Assembly: GCF_964213995.1 (NCBI RefSeq)
Contig: NC_135831.1
Location: 3,348,001 to 3,398,197 of the forward strand
Direction of reading: 5' to 3'
Length of the DNA: 50,197 bases
Source: Mustelus asterias
Lineage: Eukaryota
Shown here: one piece after another, positions 47,201-50,197 of the stretch
How the letters are laid out: each line of letters starts with the position of its first letter
Numbering within the stretch: position 1 is the first letter of the stretch
Program-made: the position numbers and the translations under genes
The notes under the pieces: generated by a model
The model's database searches: none
The model's input: only the letters and a program-made list of their open reading frames with translations
What the model was told of the DNA's origin: nothing

Positions 47201-47364
47201 GGTGGGAGAGGATGAGGGACGGACACAAGGGACCGGTGACTGCAGTTGGTTCCTCTTTTACCTTCCAGATCGACATATGAGGTGCACGGGGGCGCAGATA
47301 AGGAATCCTTGAAGAGGTATTGGAGACAGAGGATTTGCAGATACAACATCCTCAATAGCCACAT
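44275..47364 (-). CDS. Intact GPIb-alpha-like LRR type I membrane protein with three tandem LRRNT-(7-8 LRR)-LRRCT domains (copy 4, ~1029 aa)
   Basis: Uninterrupted ORF (track 44275..47439 opens at a GTG). The likely start is ATG 47364 (MWLLRMLYLQILCLQYLFKDSLSAPPC, signal-peptide-like). Motifs LPPDTEILLL, ELSVKGN, NLDT..PRGF..PYIYLYNNPWHCDC and SVVC..P(I/V)..FP..C parallel the human GPIb-alpha N-terminal domain as I recall it. A short S/T/P stalk, a hydrophobic TM (CYLLFLLHCLALALVLLANCLLLLSV) and a cytoplasmic tail follow. Orthology to GP1BA is not established. Confidence 0.85.
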   Translation of the reverse strand: MWLLRMLYLQILCLQYLFKDSLSAPPCTSYVDLEGKRGTNCSHRSLVSVPHPLPPDTEILLLNYNNLSSVPLTSFQSLPYLKDLDLSHNQIQHFDLVSLLPLEKLDISSNSLTGIPDFKNLRNLKKLVLDHNQIPDLPERAFDVLVSLEELSVKGNAIRVIPDGIFDQLEELTRLTLSGNRIERFPGNFLQGPKNLDTFDISNNNLSSFPRAFENIFAPYIYIYNNPWHCDCDTVENFTEWIRNVDGSIYDSIGLSDSKSVVCSSPPGWKTTPIVEFPLEQICHVVTTIRTAPQMPTGTERSHISTSTLNLFKTSPPPELCASYTDLEGKRGTNCSHRSLVSIPHPLPTDTEILLLNYNNLSSVPLTSFQSLPHLKGLDLSHNQIQHFDPDSPLALEKLDLSSNSLTGIPEFKNLRNLRKLVLDHNQIPDLPERAFDLLVSLEELRVKGNAIRVIPDGIFDSLGNLRHLILSGNRIERFPENSLRGAQNLDTFDISNNNLSSVPRGFENIFAPYIYLYNNPWHCDCDTVPNLIEWIQFKNGSIYESIGQSDSKSVVCSSPPGWKGTPIIEFPLKQICHVVTTIRTAPQTPTGTERSHISTSTVNLFKTSPPPEICASYTDLEGKRGTNCSHRSLVSVPHPLPTDTEILLLNYNNLSSVPLTSFQSLPHLKDLDLSHNQIQHFDPDSPLPLEKLDLSSNSLTGIPDFRNLRNLRKLVLDHNQIPDLPERAFDVLVSLEALSVKGNAIRVIPDGIFDSLGNLRHLILPGNRIERFPNNSLHSLRNLTTLDISNNQIRTIPREIFGINPAFCLLLSGNPLHCNCDVEYLMEWMELMERAMSCGNGTFDDKGIICNTPISMEGRPLFQLSPLELCKSSTPGYGALTVRSSPQATSRSHPTSASPEDSVNRWGRMFGLLEALGPWGSSCYLLFLLHCLALALVLLANCLLLLSVARFHRRCLVPMRELARRPFGIKLVRYSLLLPDPRQIYPAPSPDGEPGGRERDDSGQLLDDDLTPSISGMGSPPPSGEGSY

Positions 47365-47392
47365 TCCTAAGAGTGAAAACCAGAAGCACAAC
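47365..47392 (-). promoter_or_regulatory. Putative 3' splice acceptor 2 nt upstream of the ATG (equivalents at ~3158-3185, ~17439-17466, ~32982-33009)
   Basis: Minus strand reads TTGTGCTTCTGGTTTTCACTCTTAG|GA ATG: a pyrimidine tract plus TAG. Mammalian GP1BA has a 5'UTR intron ending a few nt before the ATG, with the CDS in one exon. Confidence 0.6.
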
Positions 47393-47663
47393 AATTGTAA
47401 GTCTCGACCATCACTTCCATACTCCTGACCCATCTCCACTGAGTGATCAACCCCTGGTCATTGACATCCCAATGGAAACATAGAAACTAGAAACAAGAGT
47501 AGGCCATTACGGTCCTTCGAGCCTGCTCCACCATTCATTATTATCATGGCTGATCATCGAATTCAATATCCTGATTCCACCCCCCCCCCCCCGGCCTTCC
47601 CCCTCATATCCCTTGATCCCTTTAACCCCAAGAGCTAGGATTCCGGTCTCCGAAGGTGTACAC

Positions 47664-49105
47664 ATTAGGTGAATTGGCCATGGTAAATTGTCCCTTAGTG
47701 TCCAAAGATGTGCAGGTTAGGTGGATTGGCCATGTTAAATTGTCCCTTAGTGTCCAAAGATGTGCAGGTTCGGTGGATTGGCCATGCTAAATTGCCCCTT
47801 AGTGTCCAAAGATGTGCAGGTTAGGGGGATTGGCCGTGCTAAATTGCCCCTTAGTGTCCAAAGATGTGCTGGTTAGGTGGATTGGCCGTGCTAAATTGCC
47901 CCTTAGAGTCCAAAGATGTGCAGGTTAGGTGGATTGGCCATGCTAAATTGCCCCTTAGTGTCCAAAGATGTGCTGGTTAGGTGGATTGGCCATGCTAAAT
48001 TGCCCCTTAGTGTCCAAAGATGTGCTGGTTAGGTGGATTGGCCATGCTAAATTGCCCCTTAGTGTCCAAAGATGTGCAGGTTAGGTGGATTGGCCATGCT
48101 AAATTGCCCCTTAGTGTCCAAAGATGTGCAGGTTCGGTGGATTGGCCATGCTAAATTGCCCCTTTGTGTCCAAAGATGTGTGGGTTAGGTGGATTGGCCA
48201 TGCTAAATTGCCTCTTAGTGTCCAAAGATGTGCAGGTCAGATGGATTGGCCATGCTAAATTGTCCCTTAGTGTCCAAACATGTGCAGGTTAGGTGGATTG
48301 GCCGTGCTAAATTGTCCCTTAGTGTCCAAAGATGTGCAGTTTAGGTGGATTGGCCGTGCTAAATTGCCCCTTAGTGTCCAAAGATGTGCAGGTTAGGTGG
48401 ATTGGCCATGCTAAGTTGCCCCTTAGTGTCCAAAGATGTGCTGGTTAGGTGGATTGGCCATGCTAAATTGCCCCTTTGTGTCCAAAGATGTGTGGGTTAG
48501 GTGGATTGGCCGTGCTAAATTGCCCCTTAGTGTCCAAAGATGTGCAGGTTAGGTGGATTGGCCATGCTAAGTTGCCCCTTAGTGTCCAAAGATGTGCTGG
48601 TTAGGTGGATTGGCCATGCTAAATTGCCCCTTTGTGTCCAAAGATGTGTGGGTTAGGTGGATTGGCCATGCTAAATTGCCCCTTAGTGTCCAAAGATGTG
48701 CAGGTCAGATGGATTGGCCATGCTAAATTGTCCCTTAGTGTCCAAAGATGTGCAGTTTAGGTGGATTGGCCGTGCTAAATTGCCCCTTAGTGTCCAAAGA
48801 TGTGCAGGTTAGGTGGATTGGCCATGCTAAGTTGCCCCTTAGTGTCCAAAGATGTGCTGGTTAGGTGGATTGGCCATGCTAAATTGCCCCTTTGTGTCCA
48901 AAGATGTGTGGGTTAGGTGGATTGGCCGTGCTAAATTGCCCCTTAGTGTCCAAAGATGTGCAGGTTAGGTGGATTGGCCATGCTAAGTTGCCCCTTAGTG
49001 TCCAAAGATGTGCTGGTTAGGTGGATTGGCCATGCTAAATTGCCCCTTTGTGTCCAAAGATGTGTGGGTTAGGTGGATTGGCCATGCTAAATTGCCCCTT
49101 AGTGT
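47664..49105 (+). repeat. Expanded 52-bp SINE-derived minisatellite (~27 units) upstream of the intact gene
   Basis: Continuous tandem 52-mers, followed by a SINE tail to ~49183. Confidence 0.93.
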
Positions 49106-49183
49106 CAAGGGATTAGCAGGGTAAATATGTGCAGTTAGGCCTTGGGACAAATGGCCTCCTTCTGCATTGTAGGGATTCTGTGC

Positions 49184-49470
49184 TATATCTAATTTCTTCT
49201 TGAAATCACACAAGGTTTTGGCCTCAACTACTTTCTGTGGGAGTGAATTCCACACATTCACCACCCTCTGGGTGAAGAAATTTCTCCTCACCTCAGTCCT
49301 AAAAGGTTTACCCCTTATCCTCAAACTCTGACCCCCTAGTTCTGGACTCCCCCCTCACCATCGGGAACATTCTTTCTGAATCTACCCTGTCTAACCCTGT
49401 TAGAATTTTATAAGTTTCTTAATTTAGAGATCCCCTCTCACTCTTCTAAACTCCAGTGAATAGAACCCTA
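49184..49470 (-). mobile_element. CR1 ORF2 C-terminal fragment
   Basis: RIRGKPFRTEVRRNFFTQRVVNVWNSLPQKVVEAKTLCDFKKKLD. Confidence 0.8.
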
Positions 49471-49542
49471 AAGAATTCGGGACTGAATTTATTGAGGTCC
49501 GTCCTGCAGTCCAGGGTGGCATGGTGGCCTAGTGTTAGCGGG

Positions 49543-49651
49543 CATGGGAGAGCTTGTAGACTCCACATAGACAGTGATCCAAACCGGGAATCGAACCCGG
49601 GTCCCTGGCGCTGTGAGGCAGCAGCGCTAACCACTGTGTCACCGTGCTGTC
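49543..49651 (-). mobile_element. 5' (tRNA-related) part of a V-SINE
   Basis: Minus strand cagcacggtgacacagtggttagcgctgctgcctcacagcgccagggacccgggttcgattccc. Confidence 0.75.
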
Positions 49652-49725
49652 CAATTTGACATTTAGGGAGATTTGGACAGGTGACCAAAAATGTGGCCAC
49701 ATGGGTACGCTGGAGGTACGATCGC

Positions 49726-50197
49726 AGAGAGAGAGAAAGAGAGAGAGAGAGACAGGGGAGTGGGAGAGAGAGAGAGAAAGAGAGGGGGTCAGAGAGGGAG
49801 GTAGAGAGGAAGAGAGAGTGGGAGAGGGGAGAGATGGGGGGAGAGTGGGAGTGGGGAAAGGGAGAGAGGGGGGATAGAGAGGAGTGAGAGAGAGGGGTGT
49901 GAGACAGAGGGAGGGGGAGGGAGGGAGAAAAACAGGGGGCGAGAGAGGGGAAAGAAAGGGGATAAGCGAGGGAGGGGGAGAGATGGTGAGAGAGAGGGTG
50001 AGGAGGATGAGAGGGAGGGAGGGGGAAGGAGAGAGAGGGAGGGTGAGAGGATTGAGAGAGGGAGAGAGAGACAGAGAGAGAGAGAGAGGGACTGAGAGAG
50101 AAATGGGATGAGAAAGGGAAGAAAAAGAGATTTGAGAGGGAGACAGAGATGGAGAGATGGAGAGAGAGAGGTGGAGAGAGAGAGAGAGACGGAGAGT
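49726..50197 (+). repeat. GA-rich polypurine low-complexity tract
   Basis: >450 bp almost entirely G/A with (GA)n runs. Confidence 0.9.

Larger units (their letters stand above)
44207..47710. repeat. Partial unit 4; homology to units 1-3 ends inside the 52-bp minisatellite
   Basis: Matches the other units up to ~47707; sequence after the minisatellite is unrelated. Confidence 0.85.

Noticed and set aside
44275-47364. Calling the gene a true VLR, TLR or Slit
   Set aside because: It has a TM and cytoplasmic tail rather than a GPI/Cys-rich VLRB end, and no TIR or EGF/LamG domains. There is no incomplete germline gene with flanking single-LRR cassettes. Motifs fit GPIb-alpha better.
47365-47439. 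N-terminal extension MEMGQEYGSDGRDLQLLCFWFSLLG in the ORF track
   Set aside because: It opens at GTG and overlaps an acceptor-like pyrimidine tract. The downstream ATG gives a normal signal peptide. The in-frame ATG at 47433 cannot be formally excluded.
47664-49105. Regular 52-bp repeats as a CRISPR array
   Set aside because: There are no unique spacers and no cas genes. The context is eukaryotic and the unit is a SINE internal segment.
49644-50111. Glu/Arg/Gly-rich ORFs at the window end
   Set aside because: They are translations of the GA low-complexity tract.

Overview
Vertebrate genomic DNA, most likely a shark or other elasmobranch judging by its V-SINE/HE1-like SINEs, CR1, Rex1/Babar and Penelope repeats. 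The window is a recent head-to-tail segmental array of ~14.3-15.3 kb units (1-14281, 14282-28942, 28943-44206, plus a partial unit 44207-~47710). Each unit carries a single-exon, minus-strand gene for a platelet glycoprotein Ib-alpha (GPIb-alpha)-like leucine-rich-repeat protein whose whole LRRNT-LRR-LRRCT domain is tandemly multiplied in 882-bp modules. Only the rightmost copy is an intact membrane receptor: signal peptide, 3 LRR domains, TM and an ITIM-like tail, 1029 aa. The other three copies stop right after LRR domain 2, through two different lesions, and would encode soluble two-domain proteins. The modules are patchwork mosaics of one another. The array breakpoint lies in a SINE-derived 52-bp minisatellite just upstream of a splice acceptor, so the three extra copies appear to be acceptor-bearing coding exons that lack the original upstream region. 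Downstream of copies 2-4 lies a dead Penelope element in sense orientation with a minimal hammerhead ribozyme next to the first AATAAA. The remainder is nested LINE/SINE debris, VNTRs and a terminal GA-rich tract. Family assignments are by motif recognition only; no searches were run.
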